A DNA stretch of 64,000 nucleotides from the NCBI GenBank assembly GCA_036500205.1, contig DASYCK010000079.1, positions 40,756 to 104,755 on the forward strand, given 5' to 3'. Shown here piece by piece: positions 33,010 to 41,562 of this stretch; positions within the stretch are counted from its first letter, which is position 1, and each line of letters opens with the position of its first letter. The position numbers were made by a program, and so were the translations under genes. This DNA comes from Polyangia bacterium (GTDB lineage: Bacteria > Myxococcota_A > Polyangia > Fen-1088). The notes beneath the pieces are model-generated. The model was given only the letters and a program-made list of their open reading frames with translations. It was not told the origin of the DNA and did not search any database.

Positions 33010-34559
33010 GCATGCCCCCCTCACGCCTTCGCCTCCCTCTCGTCGTCATCGCCCTCGCTGGCGCCGGCCTCGTCCTGCAGCCGTCATGTGCCACGACCCC
33101 GCCCCCCGCGCCCGCGCCGGCCCCGCCGCCCCCCGATCCCCGCCTGCAGCCGCCGACGTTCGCGGCGCCGCCGGTGGCGTCCCCCGCGGCGCGCGAGGAT
33201 GAAGTGACCGCCCGCCGGCGCGAGATCGCTGAGGCCGCCTGGCGAACGGTGCGCGAGAAGCACTACGACCCGCACCTCAACGGCGTCGACTGGGACGCCA
33301 TGCGCCGGAAGTACGAGCCGCGCGCGCTGGCCGCGCCCGACGACGCGACGTTTTACCGGACGCTGAACGACATGCTGGGCGAGCTGGGCCAATCGCACAT
33401 GATGATCACGGGCCCGGGCGCCAGTGACGACGGCGGCGACGACGCGAACGAATCGACCGGATCGAACGAAGACGGCAAGGGCCGAGCGGCGGCGGCCCTC
33501 TCGGACGACATCGGTGATCCCGGGCTGCTGGTGCGGGTCATCGACGGACGACCGACCGTCACCACCGTTCGCGCCGGCTCGTCCGCCGCCAAGCACGGCG
33601 TGAAGCCGGGGTTCGTGGTCACGGCGATCGGCGGCCGTCCGCTCACCGCCGTGGCGCCGAGCCGGCGCTCGCTCCGCCCGGTCGAGGAACGCTTCGCCGT
33701 GCGGCGGGCCGCCTTGCGGCGCCTGGAGGGGCCGGTGGGAACGAAGGTGACGTTCGCCTATCTCGACAATGCGGATCGGCCCGGACAGGTGATCCTCGAC
33801 CGCGATCCCCCGCCCGGACCGCTGCGCCAGGTCGGCTATCTGCCCCCCCTGCATCCGGAGGCCCGCGCCTTCGAGGTGAACGGCGTGGGCGTGCTCGCGT
33901 TCAACTTCTTCCTGCTCGATCCGCTGCTCGACGACATCAAGCGCGCGATGGATCGCTTCGCCGCGCACCACGTGAAGGGCGTCATCCTCGATCTGCGCGG
34001 AAACCCAGGGGGCCTGGCCGCCATGGCGATCCCGGTGGCCTCCGAGTTCGTGACCACGCCGACCTCGCTGGGCAGCATGCTGATGCGGGACAACACCCGC
34101 ACCGACACGGTGGCGACGTTCTCGCAGACGTTCGTGGCGCAGCCGGCGCTGGGACGAACGCCCTACACGGGCCCGCTCATCGTCCTCACCGACGAAGGGA
34201 CAGCCTCGGCCTCCGAGATTCTCGCGGCCGGGCTGCAAGAGGCGGGTCGCGCCCGGGTGGTCGGGGACGCCAGCCTGGGGGCGGTGCTGCCGTCGGTCGT
34301 CGAGTCGCTGCCCCACGGCGCCGTCATGCAGGTCGTGGTGGCGGACTTCAAGACGCCGAAGGCGGTGCTGCTGGAAGGCCGCGGGGTTCAGCCCGACCGG
34401 CGGGTGCTGGAGACGCGCGCCGCGTTCGCGCGGGGGCACGATCCGGTGCTCGACGCCGCCCTGCTCGAGCTCCGCGCGCCCCCGCGCCCGGTGCGGCGTC
34501 CGGATGCCTCGACAGATCCGAACGCGAAGGATAAAACGCCTCCACGCCCGCGCCCCTGA
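33006..34559 (+). CDS. S41-family C-terminal processing peptidase
   Basis: GTG 33006 overlaps the upstream TGA; ATG 33012 is an alternative. Signal/lipobox-like N-terminus, Pro-rich linker, PDZ-like segment, GVILDLRGNPGGL, LIVLTDEGTASASEILA. Confidence 0.85.
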   Translation: MSMPPSRLRLPLVVIALAGAGLVLQPSCATTPPPAPAPAPPPPDPRLQPPTFAAPPVASPAAREDEVTARRREIAEAAWRTVREKHYDPHLNGVDWDAMRRKYEPRALAAPDDATFYRTLNDMLGELGQSHMMITGPGASDDGGDDANESTGSNEDGKGRAAAALSDDIGDPGLLVRVIDGRPTVTTVRAGSSAAKHGVKPGFVVTAIGGRPLTAVAPSRRSLRPVEERFAVRRAALRRLEGPVGTKVTFAYLDNADRPGQVILDRDPPPGPLRQVGYLPPLHPEARAFEVNGVGVLAFNFFLLDPLLDDIKRAMDRFAAHHVKGVILDLRGNPGGLAAMAIPVASEFVTTPTSLGSMLMRDNTRTDTVATFSQTFVAQPALGRTPYTGPLIVLTDEGTASASEILAAGLQEAGRARVVGDASLGAVLPSVVESLPHGAVMQVVVADFKTPKAVLLEGRGVQPDRRVLETRAAFARGHDPVLDAALLELRAPPRPVRRPDASTDPNAKDKTPPRPRP

Positions 34560-34600
34560 CCAGGGCGGCAGGCCACCTACTGACTCGAGGACTGACCGCG

Positions 34601-35089
34601 ATGGCGAAACCAGAATCCCCTCACCCCCGGCTGTCGGACGAAGCCTTGCGGGCCATCTACCAGCACGCGGTCCGCGACGTCCCCCGCGAATGTTGTGGCG
34701 TGGTGTTCGGTCCTCGTGGCGAGCCGCTCGCCGACAAGGCCACCGCGTGCGCGAACATCCAGGATCGCCTGCACGCCCAGGATCCCCAGTATTTCACGCG
34801 CGACGCGCGCACCGCCTACAACTTCGACGCCGGCGACATGTTCGCGCTGCAGAAGAGCCTGCGCGGCGACAACCCGGCCAAGATCATCTATCACTCGCAC
34901 GTCGAGGTGGGCGCCTACTTCAGCGACACCGATCAGGCGGCCGCCCAGATGGACGGCGAGCCGGCGCATCCGGTGGAGTACGTCGTGGTCGACGTCACAG
35001 CCGCCGGCCCGCGCGGTGCCAAGCAGTTCGCCTGGAGCGAGACCGAGAAGAAGTACGTCGAGATCGGCGCCTACGGAAGCCTTTCATGA
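34601..35089 (+). CDS. JAMM/MPN+ (Mov34) metalloprotease-like protein
   Basis: PRECCGVVFG (N-terminal Glu) and HSHVEVGAYFSDTD (HxH-x7-S-xxD). Confidence 0.8.
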   Translation: MAKPESPHPRLSDEALRAIYQHAVRDVPRECCGVVFGPRGEPLADKATACANIQDRLHAQDPQYFTRDARTAYNFDAGDMFALQKSLRGDNPAKIIYHSHVEVGAYFSDTDQAAAQMDGEPAHPVEYVVVDVTAAGPRGAKQFAWSETEKKYVEIGAYGSLS

Positions 35090-36120
35090 GCAGCTCGCGC
35101 GGGGACGCGCTGTTTCTACGGGCCTGTCGCGGCGAAGCGACCGAGCGCCCTCCCCTGTGGATGATGCGGCAGGCGGGGCGATATCTCCCCGAGTATCGTC
35201 AGATCCGCCAGCGGGTGTCGTTCCTCGAGCTTTGCAAGAACCCCGAGCTGGCGGCCGAGGTCACGTTGCAGCCGATCCGGCGCTTCGGCTTCGACGCGGC
35301 CATCCTTTTCTCGGATCTGCTCATCCCGCTCGAGGCGATGGGGCTGGCGGTGGAGTTCACCGAGCACGGGCCGCAGCTGCCCCAGCCCATCCGCACGCCC
35401 GAGGATGTCTCGCGGGTCGGCGGGTTCGATCCCACCGAACAGACGGCATTCGTCCTGGAGACGATCGCGCGCGCCCGGATGCAGCTCGGCGCGACGCCGC
35501 TCATCGGGTTCGCCGGCGCCCCGTTCACCGTGGCGACGTACGCCATCGAGGGGAAGACGGCGAAGACGTTCGCCGAGACCAAGAAGCTCTTCTACCGGCA
35601 CCCCGAGCAGGCCCGACGCCTGCTCGCCACCATCGCGGACGCCACGCGCCTGTACCTGGAAGCGCAGATCGACGCGGGGGCGGACGCCGTTCAGCTGTTC
35701 GATTCGTGGGTGGGCGTGGTGTCTCCTCAGGACTGGAACGACTTCGTCTTCCCGCCCACGGCGGCGCTCATCACCGCGCTCCGCGGGCGCGGCGTCCCGG
35801 TCATCTACTTCGGTAACGGCGCGACCACGATCCTCGATCGCGTGGCGATGCTCGGCGCGGATGTCTACGGCATCGATTGGCGCCTCCCGCTCGACGAAGC
35901 GCGAGCCCGCCTGGCCAGCACCGCCGTCCGTCCGTTCGCCGTCCAGGGGAACCTCGACCCGGCGGTGCTCCTGGCTCCCCCGGACGAGATCGAGCGCCGC
36001 GCCGCCGACGTGGTGGCGCGCGGCGGCCGCAAGGGTCACGTCTTCAACCTCGGGCACGGCATAACTCCGGAGACGCCCATCGAGAGCGTCGAGGCGTTGA
36101 TCCGCGCCGTGCGGGCATAG
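35086..36120 (+). CDS. hemE: Uroporphyrinogen decarboxylase
   Basis: ATG 35086 overlaps the JAMM gene's TGA (ATGA). PPLWMMRQAGRYLPEY, ILFSDLL, VFNLGHGI. Confidence 0.92.
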   Translation: MSSSRGDALFLRACRGEATERPPLWMMRQAGRYLPEYRQIRQRVSFLELCKNPELAAEVTLQPIRRFGFDAAILFSDLLIPLEAMGLAVEFTEHGPQLPQPIRTPEDVSRVGGFDPTEQTAFVLETIARARMQLGATPLIGFAGAPFTVATYAIEGKTAKTFAETKKLFYRHPEQARRLLATIADATRLYLEAQIDAGADAVQLFDSWVGVVSPQDWNDFVFPPTAALITALRGRGVPVIYFGNGATTILDRVAMLGADVYGIDWRLPLDEARARLASTAVRPFAVQGNLDPAVLLAPPDEIERRAADVVARGGRKGHVFNLGHGITPETPIESVEALIRAVRA

Positions 36121-36153
36121 GGCGCCCTCGAGATCCCGCGTTAGACTGCGTTC

Positions 36154-37146
36154 GTGATCGATTCTCCGCTCGCTGTGGTGGCGTTGAACCTCGGCGGTCC
36201 TGACTCGCTCGACGCGGTCGAACCGTTTCTCTACAACCTGTTTCGCGACCCGGATGTCATCAAGCTGGGGTGGGCGCGGCCGCTGCAACCGTTGCTGGCG
36301 CGCTTCATCTCGAAGCGGCGCGCGCCGCTTTCCCGCGGCGCCTACGAACAGATCGGCGGCCGGTCGCCCATCCTGGCCGAGACGACCGCCCAGATCGCCG
36401 CGGTTGCGGCGCGCTTGAACGAGAGCGGCATCGCGGCGCGCCCCTACGTGGCGATGGCCTGCTGGCACCCCTTTTCGTCGGAGGCGGTCGCCGAGATGAA
36501 GCGTGACGGCATCCGGCGCGCCATCACGGTGCCGTTCTATCCCCAGTATTCGGAGACGACGAGCGGCTCGTCGGTGAAGGCCCTGCGACGCGCGCTCGCA
36601 AAGGCGGGTTCCGACATCGCGCTGGGAATCATCCGCAGCTATCCGGTCGCCGAGGGGTTCGTGGCCGCCATCGCCGACACCATCGTCGAGGCGATCGCCA
36701 CCCTCCCCGCCTCGCAGCGCGACACCGCGCCGGTGCTGTTCTCCGCCCACGGCCTGCCGGAGTCCTACATTCGCAAAGGCGATCCCTACCTCGACGAGGT
36801 CCGCAGCACGGTGGCGGCGGTGACCCGACGCCTGGCGCTGGGAGAACGGTCGCGGCTGTCGTTTCAGAGCCGCGTGGGTCGCCAGCGCTGGCTCGGCCCC
36901 TATACCGAGGACACGCTCGACGCGCTGGCGGAGGCGGGCGCCAAGGCGGTGGTGGTCTGCCCCGTCGCCTTCACGGGCGAGCACGTCGAGACGTTGCAGG
37001 AGCTCGACATCGTCTACCGGGAGCGCGCGGTCGCCCGCGGCCTGCAACACTTCGCGCGCGCCCGCACCGTCGGGGTTCATCCGGCGTTCATCGACGCGCT
37101 GGCGTCGCTGACCCGCGACACGGCGCGCGCGCTGGGCTGGCTCTGA
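36154..37146 (+). CDS. hemH: Ferrochelatase
   Basis: GTG start. VVALNLGGPDSLDAVEPFLYNLF, YPQYSETTSGS, FSAHGLPE, EHVETLQELD. Confidence 0.9.
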   Translation: MIDSPLAVVALNLGGPDSLDAVEPFLYNLFRDPDVIKLGWARPLQPLLARFISKRRAPLSRGAYEQIGGRSPILAETTAQIAAVAARLNESGIAARPYVAMACWHPFSSEAVAEMKRDGIRRAITVPFYPQYSETTSGSSVKALRRALAKAGSDIALGIIRSYPVAEGFVAAIADTIVEAIATLPASQRDTAPVLFSAHGLPESYIRKGDPYLDEVRSTVAAVTRRLALGERSRLSFQSRVGRQRWLGPYTEDTLDALAEAGAKAVVVCPVAFTGEHVETLQELDIVYRERAVARGLQHFARARTVGVHPAFIDALASLTRDTARALGWL

Positions 37147-37161
37147 GCGCGCGGAACACCC

Positions 37162-38517
37162 ATGCGCATCATCGTCGTCGGCGGTGGAATCTCGGGCCTG
37201 ACCGCGGCCTACCTGGCCGTGCGAGCGGGCCATGAGGTCCTGTGCATCGAGGCCGGGCAGCCGGGCGGGCTGATCCAGACCGAGCACCACCAGGGTTTTC
37301 TGTGCGAGGTCGGGCCGCAAGCGGTGCTCGACAACGCGCCCGACACGATGGCGCTGCTGGGCGCGCTGGGGCTCGCCGAACGGGCGCTCCACGCCAACCC
37401 CGCCGCCGAGCGCCGCTTCATCTTCAAGGGCGGCAAGCTGCACCTCGTCCCCTCCAGCCCGCCTGGGCTGTTGCGCTCGGGGCTGCTGTCCTGGCCGGCG
37501 AAGCTGCGGCTGCTCGCGGAGCCGTTCGTTCGCCCGCTGACCGTGCCCGACGACGACGAGACCGTGCTGGCGTTCGGCGCCCGGCGCCTCGGCGGGGAGG
37601 CGGCCAGGGTGCTGCTGGCGACCTTCGTCATCGGCGTCTTCGCCGGCGCCGCGGACGAGCTGGCCCTCGCGGCGGCCTTGCCTCGCCTCGCCGCCATGGA
37701 GCGAGGGCACGGCAGTCTGTTTCGGGCGATGATCGCCGCCCGCAAGACCGGCGCGAAGCGTGGGCACCCGCTGTCGTTTCCCGACGGCCTGGCCGAGCTG
37801 CCCCGGGCCCTGGCGTCGGCCCTCGGCCCTCGCCTGGTGTCGGGACGCGTGACGTCGATCGAACCTGGCCCGTCGGGTGGCTGGCGCCTTCACGTCGAAG
37901 GGACCCCGGCGCGACGCGAGGAGGCCCAGTCGGTGGTGGTCGCCACCGATGCCGTCTCGGCCGCGCGGCTGCTCGGCCACCTGGTGCCGAAGGTCGGCTT
38001 GCTGGCCCAGGTCCCGACGTCACCCGTCGCCGTTTGCGCGCTCGGCTTCCGCGACGCGCGTTCACCTCCTGTCGGCATGCGGCTCGATGGCTACGGTTTT
38101 CTCGTCGCCCGGGGCGAGGCCCCCCGTCTCCTCGGGTGCCAGTACGAGTCCTCCACCTTTGCCGGCCGCGCCCCCGAAGGGGCCGCCCTGGTCCGTTGCA
38201 TCCTGGGGGGCCGCGGCGCCGGATTCGACCCTGACATCGTCGAGCAGTCGGACGCGGAGATCACGCGTCGGGCGGTGAGCGACCTGAGGCAGATCGCCGG
38301 GCTGACCCGCGAGCCAGACTTCGCCCGCGTCTGGCGACATCCGAACGGCATTCCCCAGCCCGGCCCCGGTCACCTTCGCCTCGTGGCCGCCATCGAGGAG
38401 GAGCTCGCCGCCCGACCTGGCCTGCGGCTGCTCGGTCACACCCTTCGCGGCGTGGGGGTCAACGAAAGCGTGCGGGCGGCCACGAGTGTGATCCGGACGC
38501 TTACATCGCCGTCCTGA
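37162..38517 (+). CDS. hemY: HemY-type protoporphyrinogen oxidase (FAD)
   Basis: IIVVGGGISGLTAAY dinucleotide fold. Length and layout typical of HemY/PPOX. Confidence 0.85.
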   Translation: MRIIVVGGGISGLTAAYLAVRAGHEVLCIEAGQPGGLIQTEHHQGFLCEVGPQAVLDNAPDTMALLGALGLAERALHANPAAERRFIFKGGKLHLVPSSPPGLLRSGLLSWPAKLRLLAEPFVRPLTVPDDDETVLAFGARRLGGEAARVLLATFVIGVFAGAADELALAAALPRLAAMERGHGSLFRAMIAARKTGAKRGHPLSFPDGLAELPRALASALGPRLVSGRVTSIEPGPSGGWRLHVEGTPARREEAQSVVVATDAVSAARLLGHLVPKVGLLAQVPTSPVAVCALGFRDARSPPVGMRLDGYGFLVARGEAPRLLGCQYESSTFAGRAPEGAALVRCILGGRGAGFDPDIVEQSDAEITRRAVSDLRQIAGLTREPDFARVWRHPNGIPQPGPGHLRLVAAIEEELAARPGLRLLGHTLRGVGVNESVRAATSVIRTLTSPS

Positions 38518-38892
38518 AATTCCCGTGGTCCGTCATGACGATTTCCGGCAGCGACGACCGCCATCCAGCAACTTGAAAACTGATCATTCAGGATCCTTTT
38601 TTGCCATACACGCGCCTACATTCCCCTCCTTATCGGTGAAACGCAGGCCTCTCAAACTATAAGCCTTCTCGCAATTCAGGATGTCGGTGTATATATGTCG
38701 CGATTTGCCGGAGCCTGAAAACGCCTCCTTTTCGCCGGTTCTCGCGCCCCCTCGACCGATCGTAAAATCGTAGGCACAGCTACCGTACCGGCGCGTCCAT
38801 TTGGTCTGGGCGCCCAAACGCAATCTGTTAGTCTCCGACCGCGTCCTCCGAATTCCCGGCCCCCTCCCACCCTCCACGCCAGCGGGGAATCC

Positions 38893-41484
38893 ATGCACAT
38901 CACGAACCGCCTCCTCCTTTCGTGCGCGACCCTCGGACTCGTTTTTCAGCTATGTGCCGGTTGCGCCAACGTTCAGCCGGCCGCGGGGGGCGGGGATGCG
39001 AGCCAGACGGGTTCGGGCGGCAAGAAGGGGACCAATTCTGGGTCCGGTGGTCTGGTCATCACGCTGCCGGACGCCGGGACGTTCGAGACGCCTCCAGGCA
39101 TTTCGCTCAAGTGCGGCAACGGGTCCCTCGATCCTGGTGAAGACTGCGACGATGGCAATACCAACGACATGCCCTCGGATGGTTGCACCCGGCTCTGTCA
39201 GATCGAGGCCGGTTGGACCTGCCCGAACGTCGGGGAGGCGTGCAGTCCCCCCAAGTGCGGCGACGGCGTGCTCGCCGACAGCGAGACCTGCGACGACGGA
39301 AATACCAACGACGGCGACGGCTGTTCGGCCGACTGCAAGACCATCGATTCACATTTCCAGTGTAGGGTCCCGGGCAAGCGTTGCGTCCCCATCTGTGGAG
39401 ACGGTTACGTCGTCAAGGGCATCGAGACCTGCGACGACAACAACACGAATGACGGCGACGGCTGCTCCAGCACCTGCTTGATCGAGCCCGGCTCGGGCTG
39501 CGACGACAGCATGCCGAGCGTCTGCACCAAGTCGATGTGCGGCAACGGCAAGGTGGAGACCGGCGAGTCCTGCGATCTAGGTGACAAGAACGGCATCTTC
39601 GTGGGCGACGGAAAGGGCTGCTCGCGGACCTGTACGACCGAGCCGTCTTGCCGCGACTCGAGCGGCAAGAACCAGGCGTGCAAGTCGGTCTGCGGCGACG
39701 GCAACGTCGACATGAGCCAGGGGAGCAGCGAGGAGTGCGACGACGGCAACCAGTCCGACGGCGACGGCTGCACCCACGACTGCAAGAAGGAAGCAGGCTG
39801 GTCGTGCGACGTCGTGAACAAGCCGGACGCCACCGACTGCAAGCAGCAGGGCAACTCGGGCATGTGCCTCGAGCTGCCGGTCGTCTACCGGGACTTCAAG
39901 AACGAGCACGAGACCGGCGGTCACCCGGACTTCATGTATCACTCGACCTCGCGCCCCTGCATTCCCAACTCGTCGGGGCCGGCCCACTGCGGCGACGCGC
40001 AGCCGCGCTGCTGGGACATCGTCATGGCCGACACGTTGAACGGAAAGCCGCAACTGAACGGCTCGCCGACGTGCAAGTGCCAGTTCACCGACTGGAGCGT
40101 CAAGAACGACGGCAACCACGTTCCCGGCTACACGATGACCAACAGCCCCATCACCGCGCCCACGAGCAACAACAGCGGCGCGCCGGTCTACGTCAACGCG
40201 GCGGTCCCCATCGTGAAGAGCGCGACCACGTTCAACCAGTGGTTCAACGACTCGACGGCGTCCAGCCCCGCGAGCGCGCACACGGTCGGCACCCTCGAGC
40301 TCGTGTCGACGGGCACCTCGTTCCGCTTCTCCAGTAACCCTGACAGCGTTCAGGGTGGATTCTTCCCGCTCGACCCGACGCCCGCCCCCACCGCCGCCGG
40401 CACCACGGCCGCGGGCGAGAACTTGCTCTGCAACCTGTGGCCGTACTGGTACAGCAGCGCCAGCTTCGGCGCCGGCAACGGATGCAAGGGCGACCAGTAT
40501 CTGTTCCCGCCCAGCATCCCGGCGCCCTACCTCGCCGACGCGCGTTGCACCGGGACCGACAACCCGGGTTGCGTCAAGGGGACCTGGGTGACGAGCGCCA
40601 CGCTGACAGGAACGGGCGGCGTCCAGGGCAAGTGGCACGATGCCTGGTTCACCGACGAGGTTCACTATTATTTCGTCTACACCGCGGCCGGCCTCGATCT
40701 GCAGTTCTACGGCGATGACGACATGTACATCTTCGTCAACGGCAAGCTGGTCGTCGATCTGGGCGGCATCCACCAGCGGCTCCCCGGTCGGGTGACCGTC
40801 ACCGGCAGCCCGGGCAACGCCAACATCACCGAGGGTGGCTTCCTCGACACCGCCGGGAATATCTTGCCCTGCGCCAGCAACGATCCGGCCGACCCCAAGC
40901 TGCTCGTCTGCGGCGTGAAGGCCGTCACCGGCGACGACTGCCGCTCGCGCACCGTCAATCTCGGCTTGACGGTGGGCAGCACCTACGAGATCGCCATCTT
41001 CGGCGCCGACCGGGGCGCCACCGAGTCCAACTACCAGCTGACCTTGAACGGCTTCTCGACGAACGAGACCGTCTGCACGCCGCGCTGCGGAGACGGCGCC
41101 ATCTCGGGCGGCGAGGAGTGCGACTGCGGCACCGACATGAACAACCTGCCGGCCGGCTGCACCAGCATCAACGACGACAACGTCTATGGTGGCTGCACGA
41201 CGCAGTGCAAGTACGGCGCCTATTGCGGCGACAACAACGTCGACTCCAGTGGCAACGAAGCTTGCGACGCCGGCAAGGACAACGGCGCCACCTACATCAC
41301 CGATCTCAGCAATCCCGGCTGCAGCGTCACCTGCCAGCTTCCGCACTACTGCGGTGACATGCACCCGGACACGGCGTTCGGCGAGCAGTGTGACCTCGGG
41401 AAGAGCAATGGCATGAAGGTCCAGGTCGGGGACAAGATGTGCGTCGTCTGCGATGACAAGTGTCAGTTGGTGACGGAGTGCTAG
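38893..41484 (+). CDS. Lipoprotein with Myxococcus-type cysteine-rich repeats flanking a fibro-slime (PA14-like) domain, paralog 1
   Basis: Lipobox LCAGC. Five N-terminal repeats of the form CG[DN]G..E.CDDGN...GDGC...C..E.G..C. Core LELPVVYRDFKNEHETGGHPDF ... LQFYGDDDMYIFVNGKLVVDLGGIHQ. About 3 C-terminal repeats. Confidence 0.85.
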   Translation: MHITNRLLLSCATLGLVFQLCAGCANVQPAAGGGDASQTGSGGKKGTNSGSGGLVITLPDAGTFETPPGISLKCGNGSLDPGEDCDDGNTNDMPSDGCTRLCQIEAGWTCPNVGEACSPPKCGDGVLADSETCDDGNTNDGDGCSADCKTIDSHFQCRVPGKRCVPICGDGYVVKGIETCDDNNTNDGDGCSSTCLIEPGSGCDDSMPSVCTKSMCGNGKVETGESCDLGDKNGIFVGDGKGCSRTCTTEPSCRDSSGKNQACKSVCGDGNVDMSQGSSEECDDGNQSDGDGCTHDCKKEAGWSCDVVNKPDATDCKQQGNSGMCLELPVVYRDFKNEHETGGHPDFMYHSTSRPCIPNSSGPAHCGDAQPRCWDIVMADTLNGKPQLNGSPTCKCQFTDWSVKNDGNHVPGYTMTNSPITAPTSNNSGAPVYVNAAVPIVKSATTFNQWFNDSTASSPASAHTVGTLELVSTGTSFRFSSNPDSVQGGFFPLDPTPAPTAAGTTAAGENLLCNLWPYWYSSASFGAGNGCKGDQYLFPPSIPAPYLADARCTGTDNPGCVKGTWVTSATLTGTGGVQGKWHDAWFTDEVHYYFVYTAAGLDLQFYGDDDMYIFVNGKLVVDLGGIHQRLPGRVTVTGSPGNANITEGGFLDTAGNILPCASNDPADPKLLVCGVKAVTGDDCRSRTVNLGLTVGSTYEIAIFGADRGATESNYQLTLNGFSTNETVCTPRCGDGAISGGEECDCGTDMNNLPAGCTSINDDNVYGGCTTQCKYGAYCGDNNVDSSGNEACDAGKDNGATYITDLSNPGCSVTCQLPHYCGDMHPDTAFGEQCDLGKSNGMKVQVGDKMCVVCDDKCQLVTEC

Positions 41485-41562
41485 GTTTGATCTGAGGAAC
41501 GAGAACAACTGGGCCCCCGGCGAGCGCACGCCCGTCGGCGGCCCCTCAGGAGATTCAGTCGC

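Noticed and set aside
35116-37980. 954-aa minus-strand ORF spanning hemE, hemH and hemY
   Set aside because: Its translation is Arg/Gly/Ala/Pro-rich low-complexity sequence. It is antisense to three genes with unmistakable enzyme motifs. This is the typical stop-free off-frame artefact of ~70% GC DNA.
35086-38517. hemE-hemH-hemY order as evidence for the coproporphyrin-dependent (Gram-positive type) heme pathway
   Set aside because: No hemQ/chdC gene is present in the window. A myxobacterial HemY homolog has been characterised as a protoporphyrinogen oxidase. Gene order alone cannot decide the pathway.
38590-38605. Possible sigma-54 promoter AGGATC-N5-TTGCC (GG and GC correctly spaced)
   Set aside because: Only the GG and TTGC match. 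It coincides with the T-run of the probable hemY terminator and lies ~290 bp from the next ATG. That is too weak to call.
38584-38898. 104-aa minus-strand ORF in the AT-richer spacer
   Set aside because: It has no SD and its composition is atypical for this genome's proteins. It runs antisense into the start of the fibro-slime gene.
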